A model generated the notes under the pieces. It had not been told where the DNA came from, did no database searches, and saw only the letters and a program-made list of their open reading frames with translations. Source: Terrimicrobiaceae bacterium (lineage in GTDB: Bacteria > Verrucomicrobiota > Verrucomicrobiia > Chthoniobacterales > Terrimicrobiaceae). From it: a DNA stretch of 64,000 bases. This document shows, in pieces, positions 26,553-35,800 of this stretch. The stretch spans positions 79,564 to 143,563 of the forward strand of contig JBIIPZ010000001.1 in assembly GCA_044342325.1 (NCBI GenBank), in the 5' to 3' direction. Numbering within the stretch: the first letter of the stretch is position 1; each line of letters starts with the position of its first letter. The position numbers were made by a program, and so were the translations under genes.

Positions 26553-28406
26553 TCAGGTATGGGCGATGAAGGCCGAGTAAACATCCGGTGGGATGTCGAG
26601 CATCTTGTAGTCGCTGGATGAAACGAAGAGCAGGGTTTGCTTGCCCTTGCCGAGAAGTTGTCCGAGCGAGTCATAGATTTCATGTTCCAGTGTAGCGAAC
26701 TTGCGGTTGTAGCTGGCAACGCGGATTTTCACCTGCACGGTTTCAAACTCCCGGGTTTCGCGGACAAACTTGTGCTCGAACGAGCGGGTCAGGATGTAGA
26801 ACGGTGTGTTCTTGAGATTGAACTTCGGCATGACGCGGTTGAAAAATAGCTCGCGCGCCTTACCGACCCACATGGCATACATGCCGAAATAGACATTACC
26901 GACCGAGTTGGTGTCCGCATAGGTCGCGACGAGGGTGTAAACAAACCACTTGTCTTCAAAATGCCCTGCCAAGCTGTGCTGGGAGGCTCCCGGGTCGAGA
27001 ACAGTGATCGGGCTCGCCACGCTCACAGCGCTCTCTGGGCGTGACGCAAAGGCTGAGGGGGCGGTGGTGTCTAATTCCGCTGTATCGCTCACGAATTCAT
27101 CCGAGGAAGTGGGCTTCAGCAGCAGCCAGATCACATAGCCGAGCGGCAGGAGCGAGCCGACGATTTGCAGGCTCGGAGAACGCAGGAAGTAGCCAAAGGA
27201 AAAAATGACCACTGCAATGCTGCCGATGCAGAACATTTTCACCTGCGGAATCGCATTCGCCGGGCTGACAATGTAGCAGCGGGCGATCGCCAGGATCGAG
27301 TAGCCAACGAAGAATGTGGCGTAAAAGATCATGAAAAATTCCAGCTCAAACTTGAGCATGACTCCCGCCACGGCGACGATGCCTGCAAGCAGGTAGGCTG
27401 GGATCGGAGATGTGAGGAGCTTGGGCGGAACGAGTGAGAAGATCGGATGGTTGCTCGTGCTGGCGTTGGATTGCAAAAACCACTTCAAAGCGATGTAGCC
27501 GCTGTCGAGCGTGGTCAGCACACACACGCAGATGAACACAGCATAGGCGGCGAATGTCCAAGATGACGCATTGGAGAAGACCATGGTCAGCACTTCCTGG
27601 CCATAGTTGTGCCCGGTGATTCCCACGCGAATGAACTCTCCCGCGCCCCAGTTGAGCGCCCAGAGTGCTGTGATGCCGTGCCAGAGGATGAGGCCGAAAA
27701 AGAGGAGCGAGCCGATGATATATCCGGCAGCGATGGAGACGCGCTCGCGGTGCATTTGAATCGCCCGCTGCCATTGCTGGAGGTCAAGCCACGGGCCGAC
27801 GAGGAAACCGATGATGATCGGCACGGCGTAGCCCCAGTAGTTCCAGTCGTTCGTAGGCAGCTTGGGAATCGTTAGTGGGCCGGTTCCCTTTCCGAGTGTG
27901 TGCACAGTAAGAATCACCAACGCCGGAGCAAGCAGCAGGAAAAGCGCTCCATGGCTGAATTTGATGCGTTTGATGTCAAATTCCTCGCCAAACAAAATCG
28001 CCGCCGCCAGCACCACAAGCATTGTGAGTGGTAAGTAGAGGAGTTCCGGACGGAAGCCCAAAGGCGCCCAAGCGTAGCGGATGAATGCAAAGATCGTCAG
28101 TGTGATGGCGAGCAGTTGATAGAGGAAAAAAACCAGCCGGAACGGCCTCGACCAAGAGGCAAAAAATTTCGCCAGCGACTCGGATCCCGACTCCCTCCGC
28201 GCCAAGTGGTGCGTGACCAAGCCGAAGATCAGAAGCCCCAGAAAATTCGGAATCGCAAAGGTCAGCAATCCGAAGAGTCCGAATTGCGTGGTGAATTGAA
28301 CAGAGAAGAACAGGCCGAGCCCCCACATCCAGGAAAGCGCAATAGAGATTCCCCACAGCACAGCGCCGAGAGAGCGTGGGATTGGAAGAGCCGAAGATTT
28401 AGCCAT
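26553..28406 (-). CDS. Multi-pass membrane protein fused to a C-terminal hot-dog thioesterase
   Basis: About a dozen hydrophobic segments, a Ser/Pro linker, then YADTNSVGNVYFGMYAMWVGKARELFF. Confidence 0.8.
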   Translation of the reverse strand: MAKSSALPIPRSLGAVLWGISIALSWMWGLGLFFSVQFTTQFGLFGLLTFAIPNFLGLLIFGLVTHHLARRESGSESLAKFFASWSRPFRLVFFLYQLLAITLTIFAFIRYAWAPLGFRPELLYLPLTMLVVLAAAILFGEEFDIKRIKFSHGALFLLLAPALVILTVHTLGKGTGPLTIPKLPTNDWNYWGYAVPIIIGFLVGPWLDLQQWQRAIQMHRERVSIAAGYIIGSLLFFGLILWHGITALWALNWGAGEFIRVGITGHNYGQEVLTMVFSNASSWTFAAYAVFICVCVLTTLDSGYIALKWFLQSNASTSNHPIFSLVPPKLLTSPIPAYLLAGIVAVAGVMLKFELEFFMIFYATFFVGYSILAIARCYIVSPANAIPQVKMFCIGSIAVVIFSFGYFLRSPSLQIVGSLLPLGYVIWLLLKPTSSDEFVSDTAELDTTAPSAFASRPESAVSVASPITVLDPGASQHSLAGHFEDKWFVYTLVATYADTNSVGNVYFGMYAMWVGKARELFFNRVMPKFNLKNTPFYILTRSFEHKFVRETREFETVQVKIRVASYNRKFATLEHEIYDSLGQLLGKGKQTLLFVSSSDYKMLDIPPDVYSAFIAHT

Positions 28407-28460
28407 TGATGCAAAATCCATACAACGACCGGATCGAACTCGCAACTTCTTCCAAAACTT

Positions 28461-28518
28461 CCGCGCGGCAGCGCGTAGTTCCCATGGGAGGGGCAGCGTC
28501 TCGTCTGACCCAAATTTC
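28461..28518. repeat. REP-family copy (inverted spacer plus hairpin)
   Basis: ccgcgcggcagcgcg...atgggaggggcagcgtctcgtctgacccaaattt. Confidence 0.8.
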
Positions 28519-28582
28519 CAGCAAGGACGGCGCCTCTCAACAAATTGATGTGCCTACCCTGGCACATTCAGCAGTTCAAGCG

Positions 28583-28990
28583 TTAGGCCAGTTGTTGACT
28601 CAGCGTGACCCTCCCCCGTGCGATGGCGCGGGATGCCGAAGTGATTTCAAATTCGAACTGCGCGAGTGGCCCAAGCTCTCTGACGAGCGTCACGCTGGCC
28701 TTCAAAGTCTCATTGGGCAGGGCCGCGCTCTGGATTCGCAGGGCGTCCACCGAAGCAACGAACAAAGCGGCGTCGGGTTTGGCGCTGTCTTTCATCCACA
28801 GCGCTCCAGCGGTCTGTGCGGCGAATTCCATAAGCAGCGCGGCAGGCACGATGGGGTTTCCTGGGAAGTGGTCTTTAAAAAACCACAACTCCGGATTCAG
28901 ATGCCATATCCCGATGCCGTTGCCATCAACGCATTCGAAGGTATCTAAAAAACGGAATCCCGGGCCGTGGGGAGTGAGTGGTTTGTTCAT
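28583..28990 (-). CDS. FabA/FabZ-like 3-hydroxyacyl-ACP dehydratase
   Basis: PHGPGFRFLD, FFKDHFPGNPIVP..L.E.AAQ. Confidence 0.85.
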   Translation of the reverse strand: MNKPLTPHGPGFRFLDTFECVDGNGIGIWHLNPELWFFKDHFPGNPIVPAALLMEFAAQTAGALWMKDSAKPDAALFVASVDALRIQSAALPNETLKASVTLVRELGPLAQFEFEITSASRAIARGRVTLSQQLA

Positions 28991-29958
28991 TTTTCGAGAC
29001 GGGAGTAGTGGTGCCATTGTTCGGGTGCACGGGTGAAGAGAGGCACAAGCCCCTCCTTGGCCAATCGCGTGGTGAAGTTCTCCAGAGTGGCTTCGCGCCC
29101 CTCGGGCAACCATACCGGGCGCAATGGCGGCGCGGCTTCGATGGCAAATTGGCCATTCGGTTCGCGCCAGATGCCGGCGGCGACGATCGGCGCGCCGGAG
29201 AGGAGCGAAAGCAGGACCGGAGCGGTGGAGAAGGGAATGCGGCCATGCGGTAGATCGACCTCGACGATGTTGGCGTCGAAAGGGCGGTCGCTAAGCAGGG
29301 CGATCATCGCTCCGTTTCGCAGCTTGCGCGTTATTTCCACAGCAGAGAAGGCATCGTTGCCGACCACCACCGTTTCAACCCCCCAGCGTTTGCGGAAGTC
29401 CGCCCGCCAGCGGGTCAGCTCGGTCGTAGGCTCGGGCAGCGTGAGCGTGGTCATCGGATATCCCAACTGGGACATCACAAGCCCGCCGAGTTCGAAAAAT
29501 CCAAAGTGTCCAGTCACGAAAAGGCAGCCCTTTCCGTCGCTGCGTGCGTCCTCGATATGTTCAATGCCTTGTTTTGATCCCAGCATGTCGAGCACTACGC
29601 CGGTTTTGCTGACGCCCAGTTCCGCATATTCGCGGAAGTTCAACGCCTGGTGAGTGCAGACTCGTGCCGCATTTTTCCAAGTCGCTTTGCGGGGATCGAG
29701 CAGTGCGATGTTCGCGCGGATTTCGCGAAGCACCTTGGGGTGCGCAAGCGCATAGCCGGCGCCAATGAGGCGAGCGATCCAGATGCTCAGCGCCTTTCCG
29801 ACAAGCCGCCGCGCTGAAATCGCCAATTCAAAGGCATGCGGACGGTAGAGCGCCTTGTAAAACTTCGCCTCGCGGTAATCCTTGCCACGCCTCGGGCGCA
29901 AGGCCGCAACCAAGAGCGCCAGCAGACCCGTAATGATCAAAATATGTCGGAGCCGCAT
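28987..29958 (-). CDS. LpxL-family acyltransferase
   Basis: TGHFGFFELGG (HxxxxE), LLSDRP, PEQW. Confidence 0.85.
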   Translation of the reverse strand: MRLRHILIITGLLALLVAALRPRRGKDYREAKFYKALYRPHAFELAISARRLVGKALSIWIARLIGAGYALAHPKVLREIRANIALLDPRKATWKNAARVCTHQALNFREYAELGVSKTGVVLDMLGSKQGIEHIEDARSDGKGCLFVTGHFGFFELGGLVMSQLGYPMTTLTLPEPTTELTRWRADFRKRWGVETVVVGNDAFSAVEITRKLRNGAMIALLSDRPFDANIVEVDLPHGRIPFSTAPVLLSLLSGAPIVAAGIWREPNGQFAIEAAPPLRPVWLPEGREATLENFTTRLAKEGLVPLFTRAPEQWHHYSRLEK

Positions 29959-29999
29959 AGGTGGGGTTGGCGTCTGCCGCAGTGCGAGTTTGGGTCGCT

Positions 30000-30266
30000 T
30001 TACGCGCTGGCAAGTCGCCCGTTGATCCAGTCCCGAAGCACGCCGAGGCTCTGCAGGGCATCCCTCGCCGTCGTGGCGTCGCCGATCGAGATGCCGTATT
30101 TTTTTTCTACGGCGATGATGATTTGCAAGGCGTCCAGCGAGTCGAGACCGAGGCCGTCTGCGCCAAATAACGGCGTGTGCTCGGAGATGGTGGCGACATC
30201 GATTTTAAGCATCACATTTTCAGCCAGCATGGAGCGAAGAATGTCAACGGAGGTTTCTTTGTCCAT
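30000..30266 (-). CDS. Acyl carrier protein (aryl-polyene/flexirubin type)
   Basis: PLFGADGLGLDSLDAL...EKKYG, with the phosphopantetheine Ser. Confidence 0.9.
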   Translation of the reverse strand: MDKETSVDILRSMLAENVMLKIDVATISEHTPLFGADGLGLDSLDALQIIIAVEKKYGISIGDATTARDALQSLGVLRDWINGRLASA

Positions 30267-30304
30267 GGGGTCAGGCAGCGGTGGAGTAGCAGAGCGTGTG
30301 AGTC

Positions 30305-31003
30305 TCAAGCTGACCCTGCATCCAGCCTGTCTGTGAATATATAACCATCTACTTTCAGCGTATTCAGAAGCTCGGAAAGTGTGCAAGCCCGCTCTCCCTC
30401 GCGCATGCTGCGAAGGTGGCTTTCGTGAAGCAGGATGATGCCTCCGGGCGTTGCGCTCCGGCGGATGCGCCGCACCACGCGGGCGGGGTCGTGGGCGATG
30501 CCGTCATGACCTGTGGCGGACCAGCCCATGATCTTGAGACCGCACGCCTCGGCCGCGAGATGCACAAAGGGGTTGGCCATGCCAACTGGGGCTCGAAAAT
30601 GAACAGGCATTCGACCGATTGCTTTTTCAATAGCCGCCGAGCAACGCGTGATTTCCTCCGCCGCGCGGCGAGGCCCGGCGGACCAGAAGGTCGCCGAGGG
30701 ATGTGAGTAGGTATGGTTCTGCACGGAGTGTCCTTCGTCCACCATGCGTCGACAAAGTGCCGGATGGGCCTCCGCCTTTTTCCCAATCACAAAAAATACC
30801 GCCCTCACTCGTGCTTTTGCCAAAGTATCCAAGATTTGCGGGGTCTGCTGGGGATCAGGGCCGTCATCAATCGTAAGCAGGAGTTCCCTCTCTCGGGTAG
30901 GGAAGGATTTTTCGACCGCTCCGAACCAGCCGCAGTTTCGAATCACCCCCGGTAGCACGAGCATCCAACCCGCGCAGGCTGTGAGATATCGCGACTTGTT
31001 CAT
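30305..31003 (-). CDS. Polysaccharide deacetylase (NodB/CE4)
   Basis: LTIDDGP, NHTYSH, FRAPVG, IILLHE. Confidence 0.9.
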   Translation of the reverse strand: MNKSRYLTACAGWMLVLPGVIRNCGWFGAVEKSFPTRERELLLTIDDGPDPQQTPQILDTLAKARVRAVFFVIGKKAEAHPALCRRMVDEGHSVQNHTYSHPSATFWSAGPRRAAEEITRCSAAIEKAIGRMPVHFRAPVGMANPFVHLAAEACGLKIMGWSATGHDGIAHDPARVVRRIRRSATPGGIILLHESHLRSMREGERACTLSELLNTLKVDGYIFTDRLDAGSA

Positions 31004-31806
31004 TCCACGGGATCGGAACATCGCCGGATCGCCTCTCCCTCACGGATCAGGCGTTGGCGAAAATATTCCTCCAGCGTCTGGCTGAAATCACGCGCATTGG
31101 CATGTGGGTCGGGATGAAAAACCTGGCCGGTCGAAAGGCGGAAGTGGATTGGCATTTCGAGCGGGCTTTTGAATGAGATCGCTTTCCCTAAAAAACGGCT
31201 CGTGCACTCGATAAAGATGGTTCGCACAGCGGCACCGCCTTTGATGGCGGCGAGCGCGAATCCATCGAGGAACGGCCCAATCGCACCCTCGCGTGTTCGG
31301 GTGCCTTCGGGAAAAACAATCATGTTGCCGCCTTGGGCCACAAGTCGCCGTGTCTCCTTGACCATGCGCAGCGCAGGAAGGCTGGGTATGTATGCGGCCT
31401 GCTTGGCCGGGATGGAAAAAAGAGGATGTCGCCAAGGATTTGCTCCGACCACACAAGCCGCGTGGGGAAATTTCTGGAAAAGTAGGAGCGCGTCAAAAAT
31501 CGAGGGATGGTTCGCGCAAAGAAGAGAGCCACGCCAGTTGGCGGAGTCTTCAAAGCCCACATATTCGCAGCGGGTGCAACCCATGCGCGCCAGGCGATCG
31601 AGGTATCTCGCGCAGTGGCGGCTTATGGTCTCTCTCGCCCGGAGGTGGGATGTTTCGTCATTGCCGGATGGGAATCTGAAAAGCACGGAAGCTGCTAACC
31701 AACTCGCTCCAGCTAGATAGAGAGCGTAGGCGGCGTGGAGCCGCGCAGAATCTCGCAGAGGCCTGCTCTCGAACTGAGGCGCCGGCGCAGTCGCCGAATT
31801 CTCCAT
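31000..31806 (-). CDS. Lysophospholipid acyltransferase (PlsC family)
   Basis: ANHPSIFD, VFPEGTRT. Confidence 0.88.
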   Translation of the reverse strand: MENSATAPAPQFESRPLRDSARLHAAYALYLAGASWLAASVLFRFPSGNDETSHLRARETISRHCARYLDRLARMGCTRCEYVGFEDSANWRGSLLCANHPSIFDALLLFQKFPHAACVVGANPWRHPLFSIPAKQAAYIPSLPALRMVKETRRLVAQGGNMIVFPEGTRTREGAIGPFLDGFALAAIKGGAAVRTIFIECTSRFLGKAISFKSPLEMPIHFRLSTGQVFHPDPHANARDFSQTLEEYFRQRLIREGEAIRRCSDPVE

Positions 31807-32041
31807 GGAAGCGAGCCTATTGAGTGCCATCCATCGTATGTTTGACCGAGATGCGGGTCTTTCACCAGAACAACCTCACTCCTGCTTTGGACGCTCGGCT
31901 TGTTGTGGAGGCTTGCTTTGGGACAGGCTTGGATGCTTCTTTGCTGTTTCGTCGGAGATCAAGACCAAGCCGTGCGGCGGAGTGGATTGCGTTGCCTCAG
32001 GCATGGTCGCCGAGGTATTAAATTCTGGACCAATCGAACAT

Positions 32042-32707
32042 ATGGCAGATTCCTTTTCCGCATTTCAGATAGCCCGCGCCTATGGTCGCTCCAGATGGCT
32101 TCGAGGCTATGTTGCTGGAAAAGTCGGCACGGATCCTGTTTTCAAGACGGCGTGGAAATTTATCAGTATGCGTCGCCAGCCCGTATGGGACATCGGATGT
32201 GGATTGGGTCTCCTTGGTATTTCCATGCGCGGCGCAGGTCTCACCGAGCGCTACCGGGGCTTCGACACCAGCGCCTGGAAGGTCAATCTGGGCAAGGAGG
32301 CCATGCGGCATTTTGGTTTTGAGGAAGTGGGCTTCGAAGTGCGCGACGCGCTGTCGGTGCAGATTCCCGAAGGGGCGACGGTCTGCATGTTCGATGTGCT
32401 TCATTATCTCTCGCCACCGGATCAGAAGCTCATGCTCGAGCGCTTGGCCAAAGCGGCTGAAGCAGGGTCTCTCATCCTCCTACGCACGACATTCAAAGAC
32501 GCCGGTTGGCGTTATCTGGTAACCCTTCTTGAGGAGTGGTGGACCCGCGTTAGCGGCTGGATCAGCGGGGGAGATGTCAATTTTCCTCACCGTCGGGAGT
32601 TGGTTTCCTTTTTCAAGAATCGCGGCCTCGGAATCGGCGTAACCCCGCTCTGGGGTAAGACCCCCTTCGGCGGCGAGTTGGTCGTCATCGAAAAAATCGA
32701 GGCCTGA
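32042..32707 (+). CDS. Class I SAM-dependent methyltransferase
   Basis: GK...DPVF, DIGCGLG, FDVLHYL, PLWGKTPF. Confidence 0.85.
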   Translation: MADSFSAFQIARAYGRSRWLRGYVAGKVGTDPVFKTAWKFISMRRQPVWDIGCGLGLLGISMRGAGLTERYRGFDTSAWKVNLGKEAMRHFGFEEVGFEVRDALSVQIPEGATVCMFDVLHYLSPPDQKLMLERLAKAAEAGSLILLRTTFKDAGWRYLVTLLEEWWTRVSGWISGGDVNFPHRRELVSFFKNRGLGIGVTPLWGKTPFGGELVVIEKIEA

Positions 32708-32778
32708 TACCAACGGCTACTTGCGTTTTGACTACGGTGCTGAGGCGCGGGCGTGTCGCTTTCCGACCTCCTGCGCCA

Positions 32779-32811
32779 GGAAATGGGTCATCCCAGAGAA
32801 TGACCCATTCC
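32779..32811. terminator. Stem-loop between convergent genes
   Basis: aatgggtcat-cccagaga-atgacccatt; no clear U-tract. Confidence 0.55.
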
Positions 32812-32845
32812 GGTGAAGGATTTCGATGCTGCTTGCGTTTTAGGA

Positions 32846-35800
32846 TTAGCGGGAGGCGATAACTTCTTCGCTGATGACCTTACCTGTGGCCTCGGGCTCT
32901 TTGGAGGGCTCGGGGACCGGTTTGGCGGTCGGGACATTCGGGCTGACCTTCCAGAAGAGGGGCTGGAATTTGTTCCAGGCTCCGAGGATTTCGGTGGCGC
33001 GGGGGCTGCCGGTGAGATCGTGGTGCTCTTGGATGAGGGCCTTGAGTGTCGCGATGTCAGAGTCGGCAGCCAGACGCGAGATCGAGATGAGCTGGTTGTT
33101 GTAGAGGCGCTCGAAGCGGTTCTCGAGGTCTAGGATGTAGGCCGCGCCGCCGGTCATGCCGGCGCCGAAGTTTTTGCCAGTGCGGCCGAGGACCACGACG
33201 GTTCCATTGGTCATGTATTCACAACCGTGGTCACCGATGCCTTCAACGACGGCAGTGCCGCCGGAATTGCGGACGCAGAAGCGCTCGCCGGCGCGGCCGT
33301 TTGCGAAGAGGCGTCCACCGCTCGCGCCATACATCACGGTGTTGCCGATGATCATGGCCTCGTGCGGGATGAAGAGCGAGCCGGGCTCGGGTTTGATGAC
33401 GATTTCGCCACCGCTCATGGTTTTGCCGACATAGTCGTTGGCTTCGCCGGTGAGGAGGAGTCGCACGCCGGGCGAGAGGAACGCGCCGAAGCTTTGTCCC
33501 GCGCTGCCCTTGAGCTTGAGTTCGACGGTGCCATTGGCAATGCCTTCCTCGCCCCACTGGTAGCCGATCTCGCCGGAGACCTGGGTTCCCACCGAGCGGC
33601 TGGTGTTTTCGACCTCGTAAGAGAGGGAAATGGGACGGCCATCGGTGATGGCATCCTTCGCGTCTTGGAGAACGGTCTCGTCGAGCGTCGAGTCCTCGGG
33701 TCCATCGTTGCGCGAGCGGGTGGCGTGGCGCACGGCGGAAGGATCATCGGCGGCGACATTCACGAGCAGGCGTGAGAGGTCGAGGGTGTTGGCTTTCGGG
33801 TGGTTTGGGATTTCCTTTTGGCGCAGGCATTCCACGCGGCCGACCATTTCATCAATGGTGCGGAAGCCTAGACGGGCCATCATTTCGCGGACCTCGGTGG
33901 CGACGCCGTTGAAGAAGGCGACGACATTTTCCGGGCGGCCTTTGAATTTCGCGCGGAGTCGGTCGTCGATCGTGGCGACGCCGACGGGGCAGGTGTTGAG
34001 ATGGCACTGGCGGACATACACGCAGCCCATCGCGATGAGGGCGGCGGTGCCGAAGTTGAACTCCTCGGCTCCAAGCAGGGCGGCGTAAACAATGTCCTCG
34101 CCGCTGCGCATGCCGCCGTCGGTGCGGAGGGTGACGCGGTTGCGGAGCCCATTGAGCATGAGAACCTGATGGGCTTCGGCGACGCCGAGTTCCCAAGGTC
34201 CACCGGCATGCTTGATCGAGCTCAGCGGGGAGGCCCCTGTGCCGCCTTCATGTCCGCTGACGAGAATGATGTCCGCATGAGCCTTTGCCACGCCTGCGGC
34301 GATGGTGCCGACGCCTGCGGTGGAGACGAGCTTCACGCAAATACGGGCGCGGGGGTTCACCTGTTTCAAATCGTAGATGAGCTGGGCCAGATCTTCGATC
34401 GAGTAGATATCATGGTGTGGAGGTGGGGAAATAAGGGTCACTCCTTCCACCGAGTGGCGCAGCTTGGCGATGTAGGCGCTGACCTTGTGGCCGGGCAGTT
34501 GGCCGCCTTCGCCTGGCTTGGCGCCTTGGGCCATCTTGATTTCGATTTCTTTGGCGCTGGCGAGATAGGCTGCCGACACGCCGAAACGGCCGGATGCGAT
34601 CTGCTTGATGGCGCTGTTCGCCCAGTCGCCATTGTCGCGGCGTTTGAAGCGGGCGGGGTCTTCGCCACCTTCGCCGCTGTTCGACTTGCCGCCGATGCGG
34701 TTCATGGCGATGGCCAGGCACTCGTGGGCTTCGGGGCTCAGGGCTCCGAGCGACATACCAGCTGTGGTAAAGCGTTTGCGGATGTCTTCAATCGGCTCCA
34801 CCTCATCTATAGAGATCGGGCCTTCGGTCGTGGGCAGGATTTCGAGAAGATTGCGGAGTGCGACCGGCGTGTTTGCCAGCACCGAGTCGACATATTTTTT
34901 ATAATCCTCCGCCTTGCCGGCTTTGTCGGCACCCTTGATGCCCACATAGGCGTGGAAGCTTTGGAGGACAGGTGGAGTCACGGCATGCATCTCGCCGCCG
35001 CGACGGAAGCGGTAGTAACCGGGGTCGCTGAGTTTGCCGGCTTCGATCGGCACGGCTTCCGAATAGGCCATGGCGTGGCGGGTCAGGGACTCGATGGCGA
35101 TTTCCTTGAAGCCGATGCCTTCAATCTGGGAGGCCGTGCCCTTGAAGCATTCCTCGATGAGTTTGGAGGAAATGCCGATGGCTTCGAAGATTTGCGCGCC
35201 ACGGTAGCTGTTGACCACCGAAATGCCCATTTTAGACATGATCTTGAGGATGCCAGCTTCGATGGCTTTGCGGTAGTTGATGGCCGACTTGGCGAAATCG
35301 CCGTTCGCACCGTCGCGCTCGAGAAGTTCACGAATGGTCTCGAAGGCGAGGTAGGGATTCACTGCCGCAGCGCCGAAGCCGATGAGGCAGGCGATCTGGT
35401 GCACATCGCGGGCTTCGCCCGTTTGGCAAACCAAGCTGGCGCGCATGCGTTTTCCAACGCGAATCAGGTGGTGGTGCACCGCTCCCACGGCGAGGAGCAT
35501 CGGAACGGGGACTTTCCCGTGGTCGACTCCGTAGTCCGAGAGAATGAGAATGCGTGTGTCGGCATCGATCGCCGCCTCGGCATCGGCGCAAATGCGCTTG
35601 ATGGCAGGCTCGAGGCCGTCTTCGCCCTCGGAGGCGTTCCAGAGTGTCGAAACTGTGGTGGACTTGTGTTCATTGCCTACAGCTTGAATCGCGGCCAGTT
35701 CCTCGTTGAGAAGCGCAGGCGACTCCAGACTCACCAGGCGGGCATGCTCGGGCGTTTCGGCGAGCATGTTTTTGCGCCAGCCGAGCACGGTATTCAGGCT

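Noticed and set aside
31850..32003. Short minus-strand ORF MPEATQSTPPHGLVLIS... as a glycosyltransferase remnant
   Set aside because: Only a few residues of resemblance; cannot be supported without a search.
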